Positions 1 to 12,512 of a stretch of DNA of 64,000 nt are shown here, in pieces. The stretch is from Alloascoidea hylecoeti (taxonomy: Eukaryota): positions 248,001 through 312,000 of the forward strand of contig BCKZ01000023.1 in the NCBI GenBank assembly GCA_001600815.1. Direction: 5' to 3'. The notes beneath the pieces were generated by a model that made no database searches, had not been told where the DNA came from, and saw only the letters and a program-made list of their open reading frames with translations. The position numbers and the translations under genes were made by a program. The first letter of the stretch is position 1. Each line of letters opens with the position of its first letter.

Positions 1-435
1 AATCAATTATTTTTGTTTTTTCATTTATAATCAGAAATTTTTAAGGAAGATCTTATAAGTACTTTGTAATATTAACATTTGTAATTAGATATTTAGACAT
101 ATGGTATACTGAAGATATTTATAGAACAATAACTAGAAAAAGCGATTATAATAATCTATGAAAAGTCTATTCCTTAATTGGTACAAGTTGAAGATAAAAT
201 CTCATGATCACTCATATAGCTGACCGAGAAATAAAAAATTATCATTAATATTGTGTATTAGCGTTTTATAGTTGTAAAGATATTAACACATTAAATATAT
301 AAATGATAATAAATTGGATAAGCAGCAAATGTATAAGTTATTAATATTAATAATAATGTGACAACAACTCACATCTTCTTGCACATACACACACACTTTA
401 ACCTTTTCATTTTTATATATCTTTCAACACACACA

Positions 436-3400
436 ATGTCACACAGACCGACACATTCTGATCCTATTATTCAAGATATTAAACAAAAAATAAAACGAGA
501 AAAAACAATAGTTGATGCGTCAAGACAAGCTCGACAAAGTTATTTGGCCAACCCGACTTTGTTACAGAAATGTGATTCGAATATCAGAGAAGCTAATACA
601 AATATAGATTATTTGGAACAAACATTATCCAAAATCCAAGTATCTGAAGAATCTGATAAAAAAATCCCTGGAAATGATCAAGATAATAACTTGGCTTTGG
701 ATAAAACAGGAATGGAGAAGGTTTCATCAGGTATGTAGTTATTGTTTTAGAATCATTTCTATTTTGTCCTTTGATCTTGAAGATTAATATTAACTTTTTT
801 TAAAAAAATTTTAACCTCCCAACTTTAGATAAAACAGATCTTTCAAACTATTTAGCACTAGGTATGTTATATTTATTTCAAATTGCCCTATTTTTTTTTA
901 TAAATAATGTTATATGTCTATAAATATGACTAACGTGTATGCACCCAAGACCTAATTAAATATGATTGTCCTTCAAACATCCTTGGTCGGAGGATTCAAT
1001 TATTACTCCAACAGTTACAATTCAAGTTAACATTAGAACAACAATATAAAGCAGCAAATGAAAAATTATTTCGATTGTATAGAGTTGATGGTAATCGACG
1101 GAATAGTTTAACAGCACAAACTGGTGTTGTTGAAAGCAATCAAAAGATTCACCTTTTGAAAAGAGCTCTTAAAAGATATCGGGATATGTATATTAATGTT
1201 GATGAGCTAGATACCAATTACAATGGATCTTTTGCAGCAGATTATGATAATTGGAGGCGGAAACCACTATCTGGAACCCTTGTAATACAAATCCAAGCAA
1301 TTGGAGAGATCGAGCATGTCATTCCATCCCATTCGTTTGGATCTGGCCATACAAAGGCAATACCAAAGGTCAGAAATCGTAGTCAAAAACCCGAATCATT
1401 GGTATCTATCAAAATCGATAGTCAGGAAAGATCTAAAACAAAAATCAGCCGACATGAAAGGTGGAATGAGGTTTTTTCAATACCAATTGATAAAGGTAGT
1501 GAAGTTGAATTAACAGTATATGATAGAGTTGATAATCAATTGGTCCCAGTCGCAATTACATGGATATTATTATCCGATGTTGTGGAACAGGTACGGAGAG
1601 AAAAAAATAAAAAAGAGGTGAATAGTTCTGAATGGGTTAGTGCCGATATAATGAAGAGTAATGAAAGTGACGGGGTGGGCTCAAATGAACCAAAGACACC
1701 TATTAATAGTAGGGTTACAGAGTCAACCAATGATCTGAAGAAAAACCCCAGGTCTAATTTGCACATGGATCAAGCATATAATGGAGTTTGGTTTATATTA
1801 GAGCCCATTGGAACTATCCAACTATCCCTAAGTTTTACTAAAAAAAGCTATCCAAATAATACCAAAATGCCACTTATTAATGGAGGACTTAATCGACAAG
1901 GAGCTATTCGAATGAAAAAAGAAGAACTGGTTGAACAGCATGGTCATCGATTTGCTCAAAAGCAATTTTACAATATAATGCGATGTGCCCTATGTGGTGA
2001 TCTTCTCAGATATACTGGATATCAATGTGCTGATTGTAGGTTTGTCTGTCATAAAAAATGTTATCAAAAGGTAGTTACTAAATGTATTGCAAGATCAAGT
2101 ACAGACGCAGACTTAGAAGATGAAGATAAATTAAAACATAAAATACCTCATCGTTTTGAACAATTCACAAATAGAGGAACAAATTGGTGTTGTCACTGCG
2201 GCTATTTATTACCTTGGAGTAAGAAAAATGTCAGGAAATGTACTGAATGTTCATTAATGTGTCATACTAATTGTCAAAATCTTGTTCCTGATCTTTGTGG
2301 TATGTCTCTTGCAATGGCAAACACAATCTTAACTACGATAAAGTCTACAAAAGGTCAAACCAAGCATGAATCTTTGCGCCCAATAAATAAAGGTTATCAA
2401 CACCCTAAGAATAACGATTTCCATCTACCAAAATTAGAACAACTAGATTTGACGGAATCAAGCTTTGGATTGGATACCAAATTTGAGAATGATAATGGAG
2501 CATTTAAATTTGATTCTTATACATTAAACAGTAACAATAATAACAATAACAATAATAACAATAACAACAACAACAACCTGAATCAAAAGAGCGATGATTA
2601 TAATTACAAGAATAATTCGCCTACAATTATTTCCCCCACAACTACTTCACCTTCACTCAATTCTTCTATAGCAGTAAGTAGTCCAATCGCAGGCAAATCC
2701 CCCAAAATTCATACACCTTTAAATACAACACATTATACATCGGAAATATTATCTCCTACTAGTATAGGGCCTCATACTCAAGCAACAGGAAATGTTGGTA
2801 TTACTACCCAAATTTCTCAAACACAAAATCTACAACAAATTCACAACGATATTAATAAACCATCTGAAAGCATCGATAAGCCTGAACCCATATTATTGAG
2901 TCCTCAATCACAAACATCACCCATGCCTCTAACTTCAAAAACTCATAAGCGAAGATCAACAAGATATCGTAAGAAAGTTGTACTTGATGATTTTCAATTT
3001 TTAGCAGTTTTAGGGAAAGGAAACTTTGGAAAAGTTATGCTTGCAGAATATAGAAAATCTCATAAATTATATGCAGTTAAAGTTCTTAAAAAAGATTTTA
3101 TAATTGAAAATGATGAAATTACAAGTACAAGATCAGAAAAAAATGTTTTTTTAGTTGCAAATGAACAAAATCATCCATTTTTAGTTAATCTTTTTGCATG
3201 TTTCCAAACTGAAAATCGTGTTTATTTTGTAATGGATTATGTTGGTGGTGGTGATTTAATGTTTCATATACAACAAGAAAGATTTACACCAAGAAGAGCA
3301 CAGTTTTATTCTGCAGAGGTTCTTTTAGCACTTAAATATTTACATGAACATAATATCATTTATCGAGATTTGAAACTTGATAATATTTTGCTTTGTCCAA

Positions 3401-3993
3401 ATGGTCATATAAAAATTGCTGATTACGGACTTTGTAAAGAAGAAATGTACCCAGGTACTTCCACGAGTACATTTTGTGGGACACCAGAATTTATGGCTCC
3501 TGAGATTTTGAAAGAGCAGGGTTACGACAAAGAGGTAGATTGGTGGGCATTTGGTGTACTACTATATCAAATGCTACTGGGGAAATCCCCTTTTAGAGGT
3601 GATGATGAGGAAGAGATTTTTGATGCTATTTTGTCCGATGAACCGTTATATCCAATTCACATGCCTAGAGAATCGGTAGCTTTTCTACAAGTTCTCTTAA
3701 CTAGAGATCCATCTCAAAGGCTAGGGTCAGGCCCTGGAGATGCAGTGGATGTGATGAACCATCCATATTTCCGAAATATTGATTTTCAAGCAATGTTGGA
3801 GCTGCGGATACAACCTCCATTTCTCCCTAAACTCGAATCAGATAAAGATTTCAGTTACTTTGATGCTGAATTTACTTCTGAAAAACCTAAACTAACACCT
3901 ATAAATGTGACGTTAACTGTTGAGATGCAACATCAATTTCGTGGTTTTACTTATTTAAATGAAGAGGAAGCAGATGCTAATGATTTCCAATAA
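436..3993 (+). CDS. PKC1: Protein kinase C (HR1-C2-C1-kinase); exons 436-730, 829-861, 950-3993
   Basis: GTATGT donors at 731 and 862, with acceptors TAG (828) and AAG (949). Splicing restores DLIKYDCP...LQFKL; two C1 zinc fingers; GKGNFGKV/YRDLKLDN/FCGTPEF kinase motifs. Confidence 0.95.
2533..2577 (+). repeat. AAY microsatellite encoding poly-Asn in the Pkc1 linker
   Basis: aacaataataacaat... run seen directly. Confidence 0.9.
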
Positions 3994-4297
3994 TTAATCA
4001 ATTAATAATCTCTTTTCTTTTATTTTATGTTTATGGACTTAATTTTGTTATATTTTTTGTATACGTTTAAATTTTATAGTCAAAAGTAATATATATGAAG
4101 ATTTATTTATAACTTCTCTTTTTTTATTAATTAATAGTTACTAGCCATGGTTTACAATTAATTGTTTTTTTCCACTACTGGTGTAATTTTAAAATTTAGG
4201 GTTAATTTGCGACCTTTGGGTCTTATGTTGGACTTAACTTTGCATTATTTCCATATAGCATAGCCATAATTATAAGACAACAAGATAAAGGTTCGCC

Positions 4298-7200
4298 ATG
4301 GCTCACAAATTGGGATTTCATTCTGTCAAAAATGCGATTAAGACCTCAGGGGCAGCCGATTTATCAGAGGGATTGAACGGGAAGGCCTTCGCTTTGGACG
4401 AAGTAAGTATATTATAACAAATTTTGAATGATCCACAAACCTCGATTAACAATAATGAATATAGATCGCAAGATATGGTATAGGAGGCAAACCAGTTGTG
4501 ATGGCGTTTGATCCCATCCAAAGTTTATTGGCAATTTCAACAGATAAAAGTGAAATCCATGTTTATGGTAACAGACAAGTTGAGGTCGTTTTTAAACTAG
4601 AAACATCGGCAATTATCAACCATCTTCGATTTGTTAAAGGAGTTTACTTGGTGGCAGTGGATACATCTTCAAATATATTTGTCTTGGCTCTGGATACAAA
4701 ACAATTACTGTTTACTTATACAGCTCCGGGTCAAATAAGTTCTATTGAAACTGATCCATCCCTTGACTGGCTTCTTCTTGGCATGCAAAATGGTCAGATT
4801 TTAGTGTTTGATATTGATCGAGGAGTAATGTGCCCTTTAAGAATACGTAATCTACAAAAAGATGTCTTACCGAAAGAACGAATGTCCCCGGTCTTATCTA
4901 TATCATGGCATCCAAGAGATGCTGGGACGATCCTCATTGCTTATAATAAGGTAGCAATTATTTATTCTCTAGCTATGGGAGATATATCTAATGTTTTCCA
5001 GTATGAAGTACCGGCAAGCGCTACTGGAGGTGAATTTAGTACCGGTAAGATTGATACAGCTCGATTCCCGTCACTTGTTTCTGCCTGCTGGCACCCAGAA
5101 GGTCATCATGTCCTTACTGCTCATCATGATGGGAGTCTTGTATTTTGGGATGCTAAAGAGGCAGTGTTACTACAAGCTAGAACAGTATATAATTCAAATG
5201 TCAATGATCCAGCATCAGCAGTAAACACAAGTCCATCAAGAAGAACTGGACCTACTGGTGCCATTGTCAAAGTGTCTTGGATTTGTGAATCCAACACTGC
5301 TAATACTTCACTTCTTGTACTCGGACAAGATCCATTCTTGGAAGGGGCAACTTCTCTTAACATGCTTTACTTTGGTGGAACCCCAAGTATTATGATCACG
5401 GCATATGAAAAAATGGGTCAACATTATGCTAATCCTAAATATCAAAAGATTTTCCCTACTCCCCAGAACAAAGCAGCCATTGATTTCTTAACAATTCCAT
5501 CTGCGTCTCCTTATATTGGAGGAAATCATGATCCACTAAATGTTTTGGCTTTAACAGGATCTGGTGAAATTCTACCATTCAGCTATCCAGGTGGTACTCC
5601 TTTTTCACGTATCTCGAAGTTACCTCAGAGCATGTCTTGGATCAGTCCCGAAACTACCACGGTTTCTTCAACTTCAATTGAACGTAATAAATGGCTTGGA
5701 TTATTGGCAAGTTCCCCCAAAGTAGCACCCCTTCTCAAAGGTGGAACTCCATCAAAAAGACATGTTCGAACTTATGAAACACGTTCTGCTTTGTGTACTG
5801 GTCATGCCGATGGTTCAGTAAGATTATGGGATACATCTTCGGGGGAGATCGATGACTATTCTGTTCTAGAATTACATCTTTCTAATATACTTGGTAGAAT
5901 TGATGATATTAGTGTTAGTAATATTTCTTTTGCTACTGGAAATTTAGAATTGGCGGTATCATCTGAAGCAGGAGAAGTTGTTTTATTTAAATTTGGAACA
6001 AATAAATATTATACTACTTCAAATGAATTAGCAAATCAAATGCATTCATTAACTCTTGGAGATGATGATAATGAAAATTTATTAATTGATATTCAATTTA
6101 GAGCACCACCAAAACTTAAAAATGGATTTTTACCAATAAGTTTGATTAAATCACCAAATAATGTACCAGTAAGTTCATTAAATCATAGTGATATTGGGTT
6201 TGTTGCTATTGGTTATGAAAATGGAGACTTAGCTATTATTGATAGAAGAGTACCAGGTATAATTTTCAAAGAAAATTTATCTACCATTATTTCAAAAGCT
6301 TCAAGTGCCAAATCTTTTAGACTTTCTAGAAATTCATTCCATGGAGATTCCAAAGTTTTAAAATTATCATATGCAACTAAATTAGAATTTGCAATTATGG
6401 GAGTAGATGATGATACTTATAGTAGTATTTTGTTATTAGTAGGCACAAATACAGGAGATTTGGTTACATTTATAATATTACCATCTGATAATGGAGGATT
6501 TAGAGCTGAATATTCTGGATATTTACATGTTGGGGATAATAAAATAAAAAACTTGATTCCTTACAATACACAAACGGGAGCTTCTGCAGTTGCAAATGTT
6601 AATGATATGGCGAAACTAGCTACGGGGGTTTTGACTCTTGGTGCGGTTATTGTTGCTACTTCAACAGAAATCAAAATAATATTGCCTCCTAAACGGAAAC
6701 TCAGTAGTTATAGTGTATCTGAAGTTACTACACTAGCATGTGGGTATATTTTTACAACAAAGGGTGCTGCGATAGCTGTTTTAACAAGTGCCTCGAAAGT
6801 AAAGATACTTACTGTACCAGAGTTGAAAGAAATTTCATCTTTGGTATTACCATTCAAAGTTGATCCAGAATATGGTGAACAATCTGGAATATTGGTGACT
6901 GGAGACCTTCTAATACGTATGAGCAAATCTGAAATGGCTTACTTAAGTGTATTTGGTCGAGGATTAAAAGTTAGTGATTTTGCGACAGATACATTATTTG
7001 ATGAATTTAAATTAATGCCACCACGACCTTATATTAGTGCTTATCAATGGGCTAAAGGTTCAAAAATGGTAACTGAAGATGAATTATCATTAATAATTGC
7101 TGGTCCTCGTAGACCAAAGCCCAAATATCCTCAAAGTGATTTAGCTAGTGCAATGGTATCTGGTCAACCCACATCTACTCAACAATCTAGTCAATATGAA

Positions 7201-7428
7201 GATACTGGATATAAATCGACATCTCATCAACGACCAAGAAATAATAATGCCGGGGGTATTGGATCCACCATACAGAAATCTTCACAAAATTTCATGAGAA
7301 ATATTCAAGATACTTTTGATGATTTAGAAGAAACTACAGCAGGATATGCTAATGAAATGACTGAGGAGTCATCAACTGCTAAAAATTCTATTTACAAAAG
7401 TATTCTCAAATCAAAATTTGGATTTTAA
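4298..7428 (+). CDS. SRO7: Lgl/tomosyn-family WD40 polarity-exocytosis protein; exons 4298-4402, 4465-7428
   Basis: ATG 4298, GTAAGT donor 4403, TAG acceptor 4464, giving ...LDE|IARYGIGGKPVVMAFDPIQSLLA; WD repeats; SDIGFVAIGYENG motif. Confidence 0.88.
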
Positions 7429-7708
7429 ATCAATATTAAGATCATTTCCGTTTAAAAAGTTAAATATATCCTTTTTATTATTATTGTTTTTTGTTATTAT
7501 TAATCAATTAATTACACATTTTATAATTATCAACTTATTTATATAACCCCTTATAAACTTGACCTACATATCAAAATATCATATATACTACTGTCTAAAA
7601 AAAACAAGAACTAAACCCCACCAATATTAAAATTGTTAAAGACAATAAATGAAAAGAACTCACCATATATAAATAGAAAAAATCCACCACCACTAATAAT
7701 AATATAAT

Positions 7709-9109
7709 TTACCTGACATAATTTCCAATTAATATTTGACTTAATGCCGCTTGTAAAGAATCACCAACATCAGATGAAAGTTGATGTGATGTTTCAGTGT
7801 CTGTTTCTACTCCACCAGGATGAGTCTGAACCTGAATGGTTGGACTAGAACAAGGTTGTATATTTCTTAAAAACTGAGGTGCATCTACTCTATATGAAAA
7901 CAAATGATTATAATTAGAAGACTGATGCGATTGTGATTGTGACTGAGAATGAGACTGTTGATGAATGTTTGAAGAATGAGATGATGAATCAAGTAAATGT
8001 TCATTAAGCATGAAAACCTGTCCATTTATACTAATACTATGATGACTTCTTCGATCAAAGCTATTACTATCATTTCGACTATGAATACTAACATTAGAAT
8101 CTGGATTATGACTAGTATATTCACTAAAAATAACCAAGTCATTATTATTTTCTGATGTAGTATTCTCATCATCATTTTCCATTTGAGAATTAGTTAAAAC
8201 CCTATCACTAAGATCAGCTCTTGCCCGCAAATGCTGAACCCAATTTGTTGTATGATTACTATTTGCAAAACTTGGACCTGAAACACTTGGTATATCAACA
8301 CCACCAACAGAGACATTATTTGGAGTAATTGTATTTATAATTTGAGAAACTTGACCTTCTTCATGAATTCTTGCAAGTGATGGTGTAAATTGTGAATCTT
8401 TTAATAATTTTTTTGCAATTGATAATGCTTTTTTAACTTGTGAACATGATAAAAAAGTTTTTGATACAATTTTATTAAATTCATCTCCTTTTAAATTTAT
8501 ATCATTAGAATCTATTGTTATTGGTTGTTGAAGTTTTTTCAAACGTTTAGTGTAAATTTTCAATGCTTGAGTATACGAATAAATTGCAGCACCAAAGGTA
8601 TTTTGAGAAAATTGGGAATAAGCTAGTCTTGACCAAGCTTCAGGAAAATCTCTATCCAAAGATAATGCATATTTAGCATCTTGAATAGCACTCTTATGAT
8701 CATGTAGAATTGCAAAAGCAGCGGCTCTATTACAATAAATAAGAGGAGAATACGGATCGAGAGTAATAGCTAAAGTGTATTGAGCAATAGCATTTGGATA
8801 ACTCTTTTGACTCATTTGAACATTGCCTGCTTTTCTATAGAAGTCTGCATCTAGTGAAGAGTTAAGATGTAATGGATATGATACAAGATGAGAATGTTTA
8901 GTCTGTGAATTTTGGTACCATGAAAGCAAACGGTATGGATCTCGGTTATGGTTTTGGAGCCTCACTAGGTCTGAATGAATATTGAAGATTTCTCCTATAC
9001 TGCTAATAGCACTGTTAACTGAGTCTGACTTACTAGAATCCACAAGCCCATCTTCCAGACAAGTATTCAAGTAGTCGATCATGGCAATCACCAAGCCGAT
9101 TTGGGACAT
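7709..9109 (-). CDS. Sgt2/SGTA-like TPR co-chaperone (divergent); likely start MSQIGL at 9109
   Basis: N-terminal SGTA-dimer-like helices (LVIAMIDYL...SVNSAISSIGEIF), three TPRs (GNVQM..K.Y..AI..YT.AI, IYCNRAAA, AWSRLA), then a low-complexity tail. Confidence 0.7.
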   Translation of the reverse strand: MSQIGLVIAMIDYLNTCLEDGLVDSSKSDSVNSAISSIGEIFNIHSDLVRLQNHNRDPYRLLSWYQNSQTKHSHLVSYPLHLNSSLDADFYRKAGNVQMSQKSYPNAIAQYTLAITLDPYSPLIYCNRAAAFAILHDHKSAIQDAKYALSLDRDFPEAWSRLAYSQFSQNTFGAAIYSYTQALKIYTKRLKKLQQPITIDSNDINLKGDEFNKIVSKTFLSCSQVKKALSIAKKLLKDSQFTPSLARIHEEGQVSQIINTITPNNVSVGGVDIPSVSGPSFANSNHTTNWVQHLRARADLSDRVLTNSQMENDDENTTSENNNDLVIFSEYTSHNPDSNVSIHSRNDSNSFDRRSHHSISINGQVFMLNEHLLDSSSHSSNIHQQSHSQSQSQSHQSSNYNHLFSYRVDAPQFLRNIQPCSSPTIQVQTHPGGVETDTETSHQLSSDVGDSLQAALSQILIGNYVR

Positions 9110-9325
9110 TTCATATGATTGAAGGTTATTGACGGAGACAAAGCCACAAGGGAATTTAAGGTCAATATAGCTATTGTGAGCACGTGACACTATTGATATC
9201 TTGATTATACTCAACTATTTGGATATTTATATAAATACATGATTAAAAGGATGTTTTTCTTCTATTTTGCAAGATCACTTGCGGACCGATAAACAGTATA
9301 TTTTTCAATTTTAACGTATCTGTCA

Positions 9326-9970
9326 ATGGCAGCATTTTGGACAGAAAACCCCGACAAATCACCCATCCAACCTTCAAGAATAATGTCCACATCCAAAGAA
9401 ATTCCAATACCTCCAAAAACACCAGCATCCTGTTATTCTCCTCATGGAGTCCGTGCCTTTTTAAGATTATCCCGTTCCTATACAGACGATGTCATTAGTC
9501 AAAAACTTAATGCTCTTCTCGACAATCGATCCCATAGAGATAAACTACTTGAATTAGCAAGTAGTAAAGATTTGCCCTCAGCTTTTACCGAAAAATTCTT
9601 ATTTCCTGCATGGAGAACACGAGATGACTTGATATCATACTGTGATGGTATTGCAAAAACAAAAGATACTAGTACGCTTGATAAACTAGAGGATGATGAT
9701 AAAGGGCCGATTGACCCGAGGATTGATTCATACGGTGCACGAGATTACGAAACAAGAAGAATACAGAAAGTTTCAGAAATACAAAGATGGGTTTTTAATG
9801 AAACTTCTGTTGAAGAGATCGTTAAAGAAAGAACAGCTGAGGTTTTAGCCGATAAATGTGGCGATTTACTCCGATTATCCAATAAATCGTCGATCAGTAA
9901 TGATTATAATGAACAGAATAGCAGAGCTGAATTTTGGCTGGAACGATATGAAGAGTATAAAAAGATCTGA
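9326..9970 (+). CDS. MIX23: Mix23/Cid2 (CCDC58) family mitochondrial intermembrane-space protein
   Basis: C...VRAFLRLSR..DD.I...LN, LFPAW..R..LISYC, DPRIDSYGAR and E.SVEEIV..RT..VL..KC motifs. Confidence 0.8.
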   Translation: MAAFWTENPDKSPIQPSRIMSTSKEIPIPPKTPASCYSPHGVRAFLRLSRSYTDDVISQKLNALLDNRSHRDKLLELASSKDLPSAFTEKFLFPAWRTRDDLISYCDGIAKTKDTSTLDKLEDDDKGPIDPRIDSYGARDYETRRIQKVSEIQRWVFNETSVEEIVKERTAEVLADKCGDLLRLSNKSSISNDYNEQNSRAEFWLERYEEYKKI

Positions 9971-10094
9971 TCATGACGTTTTGCGGGTAAATATCAGTCC
10001 GCCGGGAAAGTGACGAAAATCATTAAATAATTTTGCAATTGTACGTAGAATAATTATTCATACCTTTTCATCAATAAAACCGCTTTCTCCGGAA

Positions 10095-11510
10095 ATGAAG
10101 ATCGAAATCCCTCGTCTTGAGGATTATCAGATATCTCCAAACACTGGGTTTTTACCTGATAAACTACCTTTAAGTAGACTTCCAGACCCATACTATGCAC
10201 CATGGGAAAACATTGTACAAAATTTACCAGGACTATTACTAACAAAGAGAGTTCGTATGATGGTGGACCAAATGCCGGTTTTATCCATCGACAAATTAAG
10301 AACGATTGAAGAGTGGAGACGGGCCTATTCAGTTCTTGGATTTTTGGGCCATGCTTATGTTTGGGGAGGCAGTAAAGAAAATGAAGGACCTGCGGATCAT
10401 TTACCAAATCAACTTGCCAAACCATGGATCATAACAGCAAAATATTTGGAATTACCACCAATAGCCACCTATGCTGGTTTGATTTTATGGAATTTTACAA
10501 CATTATTCCCAACTGATAATAAAAAATGGGACTTAGATGTTTTAGGTACAAACATTACATATACTGGCTCAATTGATGAACGATGGTTTTACTTAGTAAG
10601 CGTTGCCTTTGAAAGAGCTAGTGCACCATGTTTAACAACGGGATTGGATGCTATTCGTGCCTGCAGAGAGGATAATGCATCTAAGGTTATTACTAATCTA
10701 CAGAAATTAGCTGAAGCTATTGATTATTTAATTACATTATTAGGACGAATGGAAGAACAATGTGATCCTCATGTTTTTTACTTTAGAATGAGGCCATTTC
10801 TTGCAGGTTGGAAAAATATGGCCGAGAGTGGTCTTCCTCATGGAGTACGGTATGGTGATGAAACTGAATATAGAGAATTCTCAGGTGGTTCAAACGCTCA
10901 ATCTAGTATTATTCAAGCCCTCGATATCTTGCTTGGTGTTGAACATTATCCAACTGGTGATAGAAAAAAACCAGAGGATCCACAAAACCAAGAAGGTATT
11001 AAGACTGGTGAATCTAATAATTTCTTACTTCATATGAGAGATTATATGCCTGGTCCTCATAGGAATTTTTTAAGTCATCTTTCAATGGTTTCTAATATTC
11101 GTGAATATGTTATTTCTCATCAGGGTGAAAACAAAGATTTAGCATTAGCTTATGACGCATGTGTTGCTATGCTTAAAGCTTTTAGAGATAGACATATTCA
11201 AATCGTTACAAGATATATCATTTTACAAGCAAGAAAAGCAGAAAAAGGTGGTTCTGCACTTAAAAGACAAGGTCTTGCTCTTGCTAATGATAAATCAGAA
11301 AGAAGAGGAACTGGTGGTACTGCTCTTATTCCATTTTTAAAACAAGCAAGAGATGAAACTGGTGATTCTGCAGCTGGAAATTGGGGCAGAAGAATTCTTT
11401 CAGATAATATTACAAATAATTTAATGGAGGATAATAATGATGGTGGAAATAATGTTGGTTTGGCAGGTAAATGGACTATGAAAAATACTAAAAATCTACC
11501 ACATTGGTAG
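10095..11510 (+). CDS. BNA2: Indoleamine 2,3-dioxygenase
   Basis: GFLP, HAYVWG, DERWFYLVS, GGSNAQSS, MRDYMPGPH, GTGGT motifs. Confidence 0.95.
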   Translation: MKIEIPRLEDYQISPNTGFLPDKLPLSRLPDPYYAPWENIVQNLPGLLLTKRVRMMVDQMPVLSIDKLRTIEEWRRAYSVLGFLGHAYVWGGSKENEGPADHLPNQLAKPWIITAKYLELPPIATYAGLILWNFTTLFPTDNKKWDLDVLGTNITYTGSIDERWFYLVSVAFERASAPCLTTGLDAIRACREDNASKVITNLQKLAEAIDYLITLLGRMEEQCDPHVFYFRMRPFLAGWKNMAESGLPHGVRYGDETEYREFSGGSNAQSSIIQALDILLGVEHYPTGDRKKPEDPQNQEGIKTGESNNFLLHMRDYMPGPHRNFLSHLSMVSNIREYVISHQGENKDLALAYDACVAMLKAFRDRHIQIVTRYIILQARKAEKGGSALKRQGLALANDKSERRGTGGTALIPFLKQARDETGDSAAGNWGRRILSDNITNNLMEDNNDGGNNVGLAGKWTMKNTKNLPHW

Positions 11511-12156
11511 TTATAACGACATTACAATAAGATAAAAGTTTGACATTTAAATTTTATACATTTTTATATTTATTTTCATTTATGAATTTTTCAATTGCAT
11601 TTGCAATTAATATAAGTACACTTATATAGGCTGTTTTTTTAAAGTAGTTTTAATTATGGGTATACACATTTACGTTGATATTTATTGATATTTATTGATA
11701 TTTTTTGTTTTTTTTTCAAATCAGATACTAGTATCTAATTGTTCACTATTCACTGTGGACCATTTATTTAGTGTACAACGTACATATTTCAATTATGTCC
11801 CGATCCGAGATATTAAAATATCAAACGGCTCGTATCCGGATATATCCCAGTTGTGGTGCATTCGCCCAATCAACGCAGTTTAATTTTTCGATCTAACTTT
11901 GTAATCTGAACTTCCGTACACGTAAAGGTTGAGATGAACAAGAATTTAGGACCCTTAAATCACAACAACAATACCAATCTGTTGTATATTTTAAAGGTAG
12001 TCATACTCATAGGGCTAGTTGGCTATAGTATATAGTATTCATCATATCCTTGTAGAAGTCATTGCATTTTTTTGTTACTAACGAGATGTGAAAACTCTAT
12101 AACCCTAACATAATCGATATAATCACATCTCTGTTTTTGTCTTCCAGGATCTATAG

Positions 12157-12194
12157 TTATAAATATTATAAATATTATAAATATTATAAATATT
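12157..12194. repeat. 9-bp tandem repeat (TTATAAATA) x~4 upstream of the FNT gene
   Basis: seen directly. Confidence 0.8.
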
Positions 12195-12512
12195 GGCAAT
12201 TGAAAAGTTTTCTTTAAAGTAGCAAGCTAATTTTTATTCAATATAAGCCTATATATATATTAGATATATATTTCAACAATAATTCAGGTTGTGAACTCAT
12301 TTTAACGTTTACATAATTACACCTGATCAACAAAAACATCTCATTATAATTAAGATTATAGCTAACTATAAATATTAATTAATCCTAAACCTGATATACA
12401 GTAGCAAATTTTAAAAAACACTCATCTTCTTTTAATATCTTCTTTCAAATAAAGGAACTACACTCATTTTTCATTCAATCAGACCACTCCAACTTCACGG
12501 AATATTAGTCCT

